Below, piece by piece: positions 39,291 through 47,645 of a stretch of 64,000 nucleotides of DNA. Source of the DNA: Candidatus Latescibacterota bacterium (GTDB lineage Bacteria > Latescibacterota > UBA2968 > UBA8231); the NCBI GenBank assembly GCA_965200315.1, contig OZ241362.1, forward strand, positions 4,672,001 to 4,736,000, written 5' to 3'. How positions within the stretch are numbered: position 1 is the stretch's first letter; every line of letters begins with the position of its first letter. The translations under genes and the position numbers were made by a program. Under the pieces are notes generated by a model. That model saw nothing but the letters and a program-made list of their open reading frames with translations. It made no database searches and was not told the origin of the DNA.

Positions 39291-40211
39291 ATGTCCAATA
39301 TGATCGGTCGAATTGCCCTCTGCGCGCTGATCGCCCTGCCGGTTTGCGCCCAGCACGAGAAAGTCGAACGGACCGTCAGCCTGCCCACGGGTTGGGCCAC
39401 CACCATGGTTCTAGTACCGGCCGGGTTTTTCCCCCGGGGCATGGAAGGCGAAGCCTTTGACGAGCAGCCCGTGCGCGAGATTTACCTCGACGCGTACCTG
39501 ATTGACAAATACGAGGTTACGGTGGCGCAATGGGGAGAGTACCAGCGCGACACGGGTGCGCTGATCCCGGAGTGGACCTTGCAGAATACGGCCGCACGGC
39601 AAATCCACCCCATTACGTTGGTGACGTGGTACGACGCCGCGGCCTTTTGCCAGTGGGCCGGCAAGCGATTGCCCACAGAAGCCGAGTGGGAGCGCGCCGC
39701 TCGCTGCGACGACGGTCGCAAGTATCCTTGGGGCGACGGCCTCGATGCCTTTCGCGCCAATTACTTCCAGAGCAACGATCCATTTGAGCGCGGCTTCGGG
39801 GCCATCCTTAGCACCAACCCAGTCGGCTTTTTCGACGGCTCCAATAGGGACGGCTACCAAACGCGAGACGGTTCTAGCCCCTTTGGAGCCTACGACATGG
39901 TGGGCAATGTTTTTGAATGGACCAACGACTGGTACTATCCGAGTTACTACGCCGTTGGCCCAGATATCAATCCCCAAGGGCCGGATGAGGGCGTCGTCAA
40001 GGCCGTGCGCGGCGGCTCGTACGCGGTGGACGCCAGCCACGTGCGGCCCACATACCGAGCGCGGGACGCCCCTGATTTCAAAGGCCCGGACGTTGGGTTT
40101 CGCTGCGCCGCCAGCGCCAGTATAGTCACGGGTACGGTGCTGCGCCGCACCACGTGGGGCGCGACAAAGAGCGTCCCGCTGGCTTGGCCCAAAGGGGGAT
40201 ACAATGAATAA
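39291..40211 (+). CDS. Secreted FGE/SUMF1-fold protein (catalytic Cys pair not seen)
   Basis: Motifs IDKYEVT, KRLPTEAEWERAAR, YDMVGNVFEW, RGGSY and GFRC; tail RRTTWGATK. Confidence 0.85.
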   Translation: MSNMIGRIALCALIALPVCAQHEKVERTVSLPTGWATTMVLVPAGFFPRGMEGEAFDEQPVREIYLDAYLIDKYEVTVAQWGEYQRDTGALIPEWTLQNTAARQIHPITLVTWYDAAAFCQWAGKRLPTEAEWERAARCDDGRKYPWGDGLDAFRANYFQSNDPFERGFGAILSTNPVGFFDGSNRDGYQTRDGSSPFGAYDMVGNVFEWTNDWYYPSYYAVGPDINPQGPDEGVVKAVRGGSYAVDASHVRPTYRARDAPDFKGPDVGFRCAASASIVTGTVLRRTTWGATKSVPLAWPKGGYNE

Positions 40212-41814
40212 ACTGAGACCTCTCGTCATTACTGCCGCGCTGGCCTTGCTCTCCAGTGCTGCCAGCTCATTAGGGCAGGAAAACGACCTGCGGCAGCGCT
40301 TTGGCCTCCAGCCGCTGCCGCCGGTGCCCTATCCCGAGAACAACCCCTACAACCTCAATCGCGTCGAGCTGGGCCGCTTGCTGTTCTTTGATCCCATTCT
40401 CAGCGGAGAAAAGAACACGGCCTGCGGCACCTGCCACCTGCCGACTTTTGGCATGGCCGACGGCCTACCGCTCGCAGTGGGCGTTGGGGGCCAAGGCTTG
40501 GGGCCGGGGCGTGTGCCCGGGGTTTCGGCAATTACCGGCGACACCATTATCACCGAGCCACGGCACACTATGACGCTCTTTAATATCGGCTATAACGGCG
40601 ATGAGTCCGGGCAGCCTTCGACCAAGGGCTTCATGCTGTGGGACGGCAAGGATCGCGGTTTAGAGGCCCAAGCGCTGCGGCCGCTCATCGTGCGCGTGGA
40701 ATTGCGTGGCGATGCCTATGAGCGCGAGATGGCCGTTGACAGCGTGTTGGCGCGGCTGCGGGGGATCCCCGAATACGTCGCACTCTTTGAGCAAGCCTTC
40801 CCGGCCGAAGCCGACTCCGTGGCCCGGCAGTTACCGCGTCTTGGCTGTGCGCACGACCCGACGCCCTTGCAGTCGGTCATTACGCGCTCGACCTTCGGCC
40901 GGGCCATCGCCGCATTTGAGCGCGAGCAGAATACCATCAACACCGCGTATGACGCTTATGTGGCTGGCGACGACGAGGCCCTGACGCCGGCGCAAAAGCG
41001 CGGGCTCGAACTCTTTCATACTAAGGGTCGCTGCGTCAACTGTCACAGCGGCCCACTTTTCACCGATTCGAGCTTCCGAGTTCAAGGGGTCGAGCAGATC
41101 GGACCGGGCCGGGCATCGGCGACAACTAATACCGGCACGCCACGTCCGACGGGCCGCGATGAAGGTCGCTTTCTCAATTCGGGCAACCGCAGCGACATTG
41201 GCGCCTTCCGCGTCGTTGGGCTGCGCCAAATCGCGCAGACGGCCCCCTACATGCACGACGGCGCTCTTGCGACTCTAGAGGATGTCATCGAGTTCTACGA
41301 CCGCGGCGGCGGCGACGAAGCCGCCATCCCCGCCGAGAATATCGATCCCGAACTGGTGCCGCTAAACCTGAGTGCTGAGGAGAAGCAAGACCTGTTGGCT
41401 TTCATGCACGCTCTGACCGATTCGACGATAGCGGTTCACGTGCCAGCGCGAGTGCCCAGCGGGCTGACGCCGGCGGGGTTGGAATTGGCTGCCGAGGCGG
41501 GTCTCGTGATCCCGGTTCCTGCGCCAGCGGCTCGACCTGTGGCCGTGCGGGTGTTCAATTTTCCCAACCCCTTCAACGCCTCAACTTCGATCTCAGTGGC
41601 ACTGCCGGAGGCCGGCGAAGTTGATATCGAGGTGTACAACATTTTGGGTCAGGCGGTGCGGCGGCTGTTTAGGGGCTACCGGCCAGCCGGCGTCTATCAG
41701 CTAGCGTGGGATGGGCGCGACGAGGATGGGCGAGCGGCCGCCAGCGGCGTGTATCTCATCTCGGCACAGATGGGTAATGCGCGCTACCTAGCGAGGATGA
41801 CCCTCGTGCGCTGA
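40204..41814 (+). CDS. Di-heme cytochrome c peroxidase/MauG family protein with C-terminal FlgD-Ig/T9SS-A-like domain
   Basis: Motifs LGRLLFFDPILS, CGTCH, WDG, CVNCH and APYMHDG; tail FPNPFNAST...YNILGQ...WDGRD...SGVY. Confidence 0.9.
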   Translation: MNKLRPLVITAALALLSSAASSLGQENDLRQRFGLQPLPPVPYPENNPYNLNRVELGRLLFFDPILSGEKNTACGTCHLPTFGMADGLPLAVGVGGQGLGPGRVPGVSAITGDTIITEPRHTMTLFNIGYNGDESGQPSTKGFMLWDGKDRGLEAQALRPLIVRVELRGDAYEREMAVDSVLARLRGIPEYVALFEQAFPAEADSVARQLPRLGCAHDPTPLQSVITRSTFGRAIAAFEREQNTINTAYDAYVAGDDEALTPAQKRGLELFHTKGRCVNCHSGPLFTDSSFRVQGVEQIGPGRASATTNTGTPRPTGRDEGRFLNSGNRSDIGAFRVVGLRQIAQTAPYMHDGALATLEDVIEFYDRGGGDEAAIPAENIDPELVPLNLSAEEKQDLLAFMHALTDSTIAVHVPARVPSGLTPAGLELAAEAGLVIPVPAPAARPVAVRVFNFPNPFNASTSISVALPEAGEVDIEVYNILGQAVRRLFRGYRPAGVYQLAWDGRDEDGRAAASGVYLISAQMGNARYLARMTLVR

Positions 41815-41815
41815 A

Positions 41816-42200
41816 GTGGACCGACAGGTTTTTACCTTTGAGGCACTGGCCGCCATCCTGCTGCTGCGGGGATGCGGCCGAGAGCTTGATTCCCCAGCCA
41901 TCGATCCGCCCTTGCGCCTACAAGAGCGGTCGGCACCGACAATTCGCTTCACCGCTGTAACCGCGCTGGTATTCACTTTAGGCATATTAGCGGTTTTTCA
42001 GGGCGGAAGTACGGGGTGGAAGCCCTCGGCTCGGACGCCGCTTTTTTTAAAACGGCGACGGGCCTATCGATCTCTACGCCGTCAACGGAGCCGACCTGCC
42101 CGGTCATACATCGCCTCAGCCGCCTCGCAACGCGCCCTACCGCAACCGCACAGACGGCCGCTTCGTCGAAGGCCGATACCAGTTGCGGCATGGGCTGTAG
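41816..42200 (+). pseudogene. Frameshifted 5' fragment of a CRTAC1/FG-GAP gene
   Basis: Across frames it reads AGIHFRHISGFSGRKYGVEALGSDAAFF / NGDGPIDLYAVNGADLPG...PPRNAPYRN / ADTSCGMGC, closely matching the N-terminus of 44568-47645. Confidence 0.8.
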
Positions 42201-42293
42201 CTTTACCGGACGATGAGACCTTTCTTGTTGGGTCTAGTGCTGGGCGAGTTCTCCGCTTCTGCACTCTGGGTCTTTATCGACGGAGCATTTGGG
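42201..42293 (+). pseudogene. 3' fragment of a DUF6785/DUF6784-type gene
   Basis: LYRTMRPFLLGLVLGEFSASALWVFIDGAFG matches LYHRAQPFFIGLILGYFTAIGLSFCID of 17166-19100. An in-frame TAG lies directly upstream. Confidence 0.7.
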
Positions 42294-42343
42294 TATGATT
42301 TTCGTATTTTGAGGTTGTGGAAGGGTACGAAAAGGAAATTTAG

Positions 42344-42820
42344 ATGCGATACTTGCGCTCGCTCAAGTTGCTCTTGGTCGTCGCGGCTGTCGGTGTTGTA
42401 CTAGCCTTTTTTGAACGGCAGCGCACGGCCGAGTACGGGCACCTTTTGGAACGTATGTACGCCCGGGGGCAGCCGCAGCTCAAAGGCTCGTCCTTGCAAG
42501 AGCTAGCAAAGGTGCTGCTGGAGCTGTACCCAGAGGGAGCCGAAGCCAATCTGCTGATGGGGACTGCCCTAGCCGAAGAGGGGCGATTGGAAGAGGCCCG
42601 GGCGCATCTAGAGCAGGCGATGGAAGTGGATCGGCGCAACTTGCAGTTACTCTTTTTGTACGCGCGGCTCTTGCTAGATATGGGAGAGGATGTGGAGAAA
42701 GTGCAATCGGTAGTGGAAGAGTTGAGTCGGTACTTTCCGCGCTCGCGGGAGAAGGTGGAGCAGTACTTTGGCGAGGCTTCAAAAGGGAAGATGCGGTTTG
42801 GCGAGGGTGATCTTTACTAA
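42344..42820 (+). CDS. Small membrane-anchored TPR protein
   Basis: N-terminal TM; TPR-like YPEGAEANLLMGTALAEEGRLEEARAHLEQAMEVD. Confidence 0.7.
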   Translation: MRYLRSLKLLLVVAAVGVVLAFFERQRTAEYGHLLERMYARGQPQLKGSSLQELAKVLLELYPEGAEANLLMGTALAEEGRLEEARAHLEQAMEVDRRNLQLLFLYARLLLDMGEDVEKVQSVVEELSRYFPRSREKVEQYFGEASKGKMRFGEGDLY

Positions 42821-44454
42821 GAATTCCCTTGGCGCAAGCGGTCCTCGTAGATGTGAATCTGGTCGGCGTACTGATTTTTGAGTTTGACCAGCAACGTATC
42901 AAAGCGCTCTTGGGTTAGATCTCGAAGCACGTGAGAACGCACTCGGCCCCAGACCTCGTCCAAGCTCTGCTGGCGACTGGGCACTTTGTTGAGCACCTTG
43001 AAAACCGTAAAGCCCTGCGCGGTCTTGACCGGACCGACGATCTGGCCGGCCTCGGCGTTTTGGGCTTCCCAACCTAAATTGCCGTACTTGTCGGGACGCA
43101 AAAGCTGGATGCGCCCTTCGGCGCGGCGGATGCGGGTGCTGCGCCGCGAGTAGCGGCGGGCTAGCTCGCCGAGGTCGCCGCCGCGTTCGATGGCGGCCAA
43201 CAGCGAGTCGGCCTGTGCGCGGGTATCGACGAGGATTTCGAGAATCGAGATCCGCTCCTCGCGCACGTAGAGGTCCTCGTGGGCCTCGTAGTACGCGCGT
43301 ATTTCGTCTTTGGACGGGTTGATCGTTTCGAGTACTCTGATTTGGCGGATGCGCTCGAGAAGGGCTTGGCGGCGCGTGGCTTCAATGCCTTTGGCGACGC
43401 GCTCGGCCTCGTGGATGCCTATGTCGCGGGCGTGGCGGGGCAGCAGGACTTTGAGGGCATAGAGGCGACGGGCGAAGCGGCGCAAGTCGTCTAATTCGCG
43501 GATCTCGGCCGGGTTGCGCTCGCTGGTCATGGCCGCCATGAAGTTATTCAGCGTCCACGGCTCGCTGTCGAGTTCGAGCAGTACTAGCTGGGTCTCTCCC
43601 TTTTTGAACGTAGGCATTTCTTCGCCAGCTTCGCTGAGCCGGGCCAAGAGCAGTTTGAAGGTCTCGTGCCGTTCCGCGATGTCGGCGCGGTTAGCTAGCC
43701 CTTCGAGGAATTCAAAAGTGGCGATGGTGTGCTTCTGCTCCTGCATGGCCTTGATGACGGCCGGGGCCATCTCCCCAAAGGGCACTTCGCGCTCGTCGGT
43801 GACCACGAAGACCGAGAAGCCGTCGGGCTCCTGCACGGGACCGACGATTTCGCCAGGTTTGGCTCCGAAAATTTGGCGGCGCAGAACGTAGTTTTTGAAG
43901 TCGAGGCGACTCTTCCAGCCGAGGTCGCCTCCTTGCTGGGCGGTGTTGCCGTCGTCGGAGAGTTCGCTCGCCACTGTGGCAAAGCTGTCGGGGCCGCGCA
44001 GCCGGGCGAGCACTTGGTCGATGGCGGCTGGCCCGCTGGCGAGGATGCGGCTCAGGCGGCGCTGCTGGCCGATGTGGTGCTGCTCAAAGTACTGGCGGGC
44101 CTCGTCGCGGCTTATGTCCTCGGCGACAGCGACCACACCGCGACGATACATTTCGTCGAGGATGAGTTCTTGTTCTCGTTGTGCGACTTTGCTTTTGACT
44201 TGGAAGTCGTCTTCCAAGCCGTCTCGACGGGCGGCCAACAGCAAGACCTCAATGTCGATGAGCCGTTCAAGGGCTTGGTGCTGGAGGTCGCTCGGAGCGT
44301 TTTGGGGAAAGAGCCGCGCAGCAGCGCGCTCGACGCGGTCGTGCGTGATGGTGACGGCGCCGACGCGGGCGAGTACATCGGGGTTGGGTGGAGGTTCGGG
44401 AGTGGTGCAGGCGGCGAGTGGAATGGTGAATAGCGAGAGAAAACGATGCAGCAA
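42817..44454 (-). CDS. SurA/PrsA-like peptidyl-prolyl isomerase lipoprotein (two PpiC domains)
   Basis: TTG start after AGGAGG; LAAC lipobox; FATVASELSDD..GGDLGW and GDLGELARRYS..IVGPVKTAQGF. Confidence 0.85.
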   Translation of the reverse strand: MLHRFLSLFTIPLAACTTPEPPPNPDVLARVGAVTITHDRVERAAARLFPQNAPSDLQHQALERLIDIEVLLLAARRDGLEDDFQVKSKVAQREQELILDEMYRRGVVAVAEDISRDEARQYFEQHHIGQQRRLSRILASGPAAIDQVLARLRGPDSFATVASELSDDGNTAQQGGDLGWKSRLDFKNYVLRRQIFGAKPGEIVGPVQEPDGFSVFVVTDEREVPFGEMAPAVIKAMQEQKHTIATFEFLEGLANRADIAERHETFKLLLARLSEAGEEMPTFKKGETQLVLLELDSEPWTLNNFMAAMTSERNPAEIRELDDLRRFARRLYALKVLLPRHARDIGIHEAERVAKGIEATRRQALLERIRQIRVLETINPSKDEIRAYYEAHEDLYVREERISILEILVDTRAQADSLLAAIERGGDLGELARRYSRRSTRIRRAEGRIQLLRPDKYGNLGWEAQNAEAGQIVGPVKTAQGFTVFKVLNKVPSRQQSLDEVWGRVRSHVLRDLTQERFDTLLVKLKNQYADQIHIYEDRLRQGNS

Positions 44455-44567
44455 GAAGGCCTCCTAGTGGAAAATTTTTATCTATTCCAAACAAATATAT
44501 GAGTGCCGTGTAAATTTGCGAAGTGCTAATGGTTATTGTAAGCAGCAAGCGATTCTGCATCAAAGTA

Positions 44568-47500
44568 ATGATTATTCCAATCAGACTTTCAACGTGCATC
44601 GCCCTCTTAGTATGTGGCTGCACGGCGAGCGATCCACCCCCCGTAGTGCGCTTTGTCGATGCAACGGCCGAAGCAGGGATCGATTTCGTACATACCAGCG
44701 GCCGCTCCGGGCGCAAATACGGGGTGGAGACCATTGGTTCGGGCGCGGCGTTTTTCGATTACAACCGCGACGGATGGATGGATTTGTACGTGGTCAATGG
44801 GGCGGATTTGCCCGGCTACGTCTCGGCGGTGCCGCCGCAAAACGCGCTGTATCGCAACGATGGCGGGCACTTTGCCGAGGTCGGCGCAAGCCTCGGGGTG
44901 GCGGACACAGGCTACGGTATGGGCGCGTCCGCGGGGGACTATGACAACGACGGGGACGCCGACCTGTTCGTCGCCAACTTTGGCCGCAATCGGCTCTATC
45001 GCAACGAAGGGTCGGCGCTGGCTTGGGCCTTTGCGGATGTGACGGCCGCGGCCGGGATCGGGGCGGACGAGCGGTGGTCCACCGGATCGTCGTTTGCCGA
45101 TTACGACCTCGATGGCGATTTAGACCTGTACGTGGCGAACTACTTGCGCTACGAATTTGAACGCGGCGAGCTGAGTGAGGGGGGAACACTGCGCTGGCCG
45201 CGGCGACACTTGGCTCCTGCCGAATACCCGGGCGAGCGGAACGCGCTCTGGCGCAACGATAGTGGCCGCTTTGTGGATGTGACAGTAGAAGCCGGACTGC
45301 GCACGGACGAAGGCCGCGAATTAGGTGCCGTGTTTTTCGACTACGATCTCGACGGCGATCCCGACTTGTTTCAGGGCAATGACGCCACGCCGAATTTTCT
45401 CTGGCGCAACGACGGCGGTCGCTTCGCTGAAGTGGGGCTCGTAGCCGGCGTGGCGTACAACATTGGCGGCAAGCCCGAAGGAACGATGGGCGTGGATGTG
45501 GCCGACGGCGATGGCGATGGTCGCCTCGACTTGGTGATGACCAATTTCCAGTGGGAGAGTAACACCTTGTACCGCAACGCGAGCGACGGGATGTTTGCCG
45601 ATGAATCGCTGGCCGCAGGTATAGCCGCCAACAGCTTGGACAGGCTGGCTTTTGGCATCAACTTCCTCGACGCCGACAACGACGGCGACCCGGATATCTA
45701 CGTGGCCAATGGCCACATCGACGAAGACATCGATCGGTTTGACCCACAAGCTGCGTACGGGCAGAGCGATCAGTTGTATCTCAACGATGGCCAAGGCCGC
45801 TTTGCCGACGCGAGTGCGATTTCCGGCGTGGCCGCGCCGACGCGGGATTTGGTCGGGCGCGGCTCGGCCGTGGCCGATTACGACAACGACGGCGACTTGG
45901 ATATTTTCTTACTCAATAGTGGGCAACGCGCCCTGCTGTGGCGCAACGACAGCCAAGCGGGTCACTACTTGGTGCTGGCGCTAGAAGGGCGGACGAGCAA
46001 CCGCGATGGCTATGGTGCTCGCGTGGTGGTGCGCGTGGATGGCCGGACGCTGGTGGCGGAAAAGCGCAATGCGGCGAGCTATTTGTCGCAAAACGACGCG
46101 CGGATGTTCTTTGGGTTGGGGCCGAGCGAGGAGGCCGAGCAGGTGGAGCTTAGATGGCCGTCGGGCATTCGCCAAGTTTTAACGGGCGTGCGCGCCGGGC
46201 AGGTGCTGCGGGTCGTCGAACCGGATGCGAGCGCACCGCAAGAGGCCGCTCGCGCAGCCATCGCGCCGGCTGCGCCGCAAGGCCGCGATGCCGAGGAGTT
46301 GGAGCAATTCTGGCGGGAAGCGCCTTTGGTCCTGCCAGAAAAGACGCGTGCGCCGCTGCCGCCTGCAGTTCCTTTGTCCGAATTGCGCGCTGCGGCTCGC
46401 GTCCAGCCGGAGGTAGCCAATGTCCACATCGAACTGGCTGCCGCGCTTGTGCGCGAGCGTGCGTACGACGAGGCGGAGGCGGCTTATCGCCGCGCTTTAC
46501 AACTCGACGCGAGTGCGGCCCAAGCCTACGTGGGCTTGGGGAAGCTCTACGCCGACCGTGGGGCCCTAGAACAAGCAGTTGGTGTGCTCAGACAGGCGAT
46601 CGCGCTCGACAGCACCTTAGCCGAGCCGCACTACGTGCTGGGCAACATCCACCTGCGCCAACAGCGTTTGGCCGCGGCCGTGCCGTTCTACGAGCGCGCC
46701 ATCGCCCTGTCGCCGCGCTATCTCCAAGCCTATTTCAACTTGGCCGGCTTGCATGCACGGCAGACTGATTACGGCCCGGCCATAGCCGTTTTGCGTCGGG
46801 GTTTCGCGGCCCTGCCCGAGGAAGTGGAGCTCATGTTGCAATTGGCGCGGATCTACTTTGCCCAAGCGCAATACGAAGACGCGCTGGCGCAACTCACTAG
46901 CGTGGTACAAGCGCAGCCTACGCGAGCTGAGGCACACGAGCTGACGGCCCAGATCTGGATGGTGCGCGAGGATGTGGATGCCGCTCGCGCCGCTTTGCAG
47001 CAGGGGCTGGAACACGCCCCGAACAGCGCCGCGCTCTTGGGGCGGCTGGGCATCCTACTCTTGCAGGAGGGCGTGGACTCAGAAGCTATACCCCTTTTGC
47101 AGCGAGCCTTAGAGGTGGACCCGGACCGCGCGGAAGTGTACTATCACTTGGGCCAAGCGTTGTTGCGGCGCGGCGCGGCCGGGCGTGGCCGCAAGCTCCT
47201 CGACTATTTCCACTCCTTGCAGCAGGAGCACCAAAAGCTGCTAGCCCACAAGACAGCCGTGGTGCTCAATCCCAACGATGCGGACGCGTACTACAGGCTG
47301 GGGGTGGTCTATGCGCGGATGGGCCGCTACGAGGCCGCGAGTCAAGCGTACCAAGCGGCCTTGGCCGTGGCACCGGGTCATCTCGACGCCCGCAACAATC
47401 TGGGCAACATCTACCTCCGCCGCCGCTCCTTAGGGCTGGCCATTGCCGCGTACCAAGAGGTGCTGCGCCGCGCCCCGCAATACGCCCGCGCCCATTACAA

Positions 47501-47645
47501 TTTAGGCAACGCGTACCTGTTGGCTGGTGAGGAGATGCACGCCATGTCGGCGTTTGCCCGAGCGGTCGAAGCCGACCCCGAACATCGCAAGGCTCAGCAG
47601 ATGCTCGCCAAGCTACGTCAGCGCGAGGCCCAAGGTGTGCGCTGA
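44568..47645 (+). CDS. CRTAC1-like FG-GAP/ASPIC-UnbV lipoprotein fused to TPR repeats
   Basis: VCGC lipobox; repeated DYDNDGDxD motifs; SYLSQND..FGLG; a long C-terminal TPR array. Confidence 0.88.
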   Translation: MIIPIRLSTCIALLVCGCTASDPPPVVRFVDATAEAGIDFVHTSGRSGRKYGVETIGSGAAFFDYNRDGWMDLYVVNGADLPGYVSAVPPQNALYRNDGGHFAEVGASLGVADTGYGMGASAGDYDNDGDADLFVANFGRNRLYRNEGSALAWAFADVTAAAGIGADERWSTGSSFADYDLDGDLDLYVANYLRYEFERGELSEGGTLRWPRRHLAPAEYPGERNALWRNDSGRFVDVTVEAGLRTDEGRELGAVFFDYDLDGDPDLFQGNDATPNFLWRNDGGRFAEVGLVAGVAYNIGGKPEGTMGVDVADGDGDGRLDLVMTNFQWESNTLYRNASDGMFADESLAAGIAANSLDRLAFGINFLDADNDGDPDIYVANGHIDEDIDRFDPQAAYGQSDQLYLNDGQGRFADASAISGVAAPTRDLVGRGSAVADYDNDGDLDIFLLNSGQRALLWRNDSQAGHYLVLALEGRTSNRDGYGARVVVRVDGRTLVAEKRNAASYLSQNDARMFFGLGPSEEAEQVELRWPSGIRQVLTGVRAGQVLRVVEPDASAPQEAARAAIAPAAPQGRDAEELEQFWREAPLVLPEKTRAPLPPAVPLSELRAAARVQPEVANVHIELAAALVRERAYDEAEAAYRRALQLDASAAQAYVGLGKLYADRGALEQAVGVLRQAIALDSTLAEPHYVLGNIHLRQQRLAAAVPFYERAIALSPRYLQAYFNLAGLHARQTDYGPAIAVLRRGFAALPEEVELMLQLARIYFAQAQYEDALAQLTSVVQAQPTRAEAHELTAQIWMVREDVDAARAALQQGLEHAPNSAALLGRLGILLLQEGVDSEAIPLLQRALEVDPDRAEVYYHLGQALLRRGAAGRGRKLLDYFHSLQQEHQKLLAHKTAVVLNPNDADAYYRLGVVYARMGRYEAASQAYQAALAVAPGHLDARNNLGNIYLRRRSLGLAIAAYQEVLRRAPQYARAHYNLGNAYLLAGEEMHAMSAFARAVEADPEHRKAQQMLAKLRQREAQGVR

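Noticed and set aside
39291-40211. FGE-like gene as the maturase of the sulfatase at 7108-8568
   Set aside because: It is secreted, lacks the catalytic Cys pair and lies 30 kb away, while the sulfatase appears cytoplasmic.
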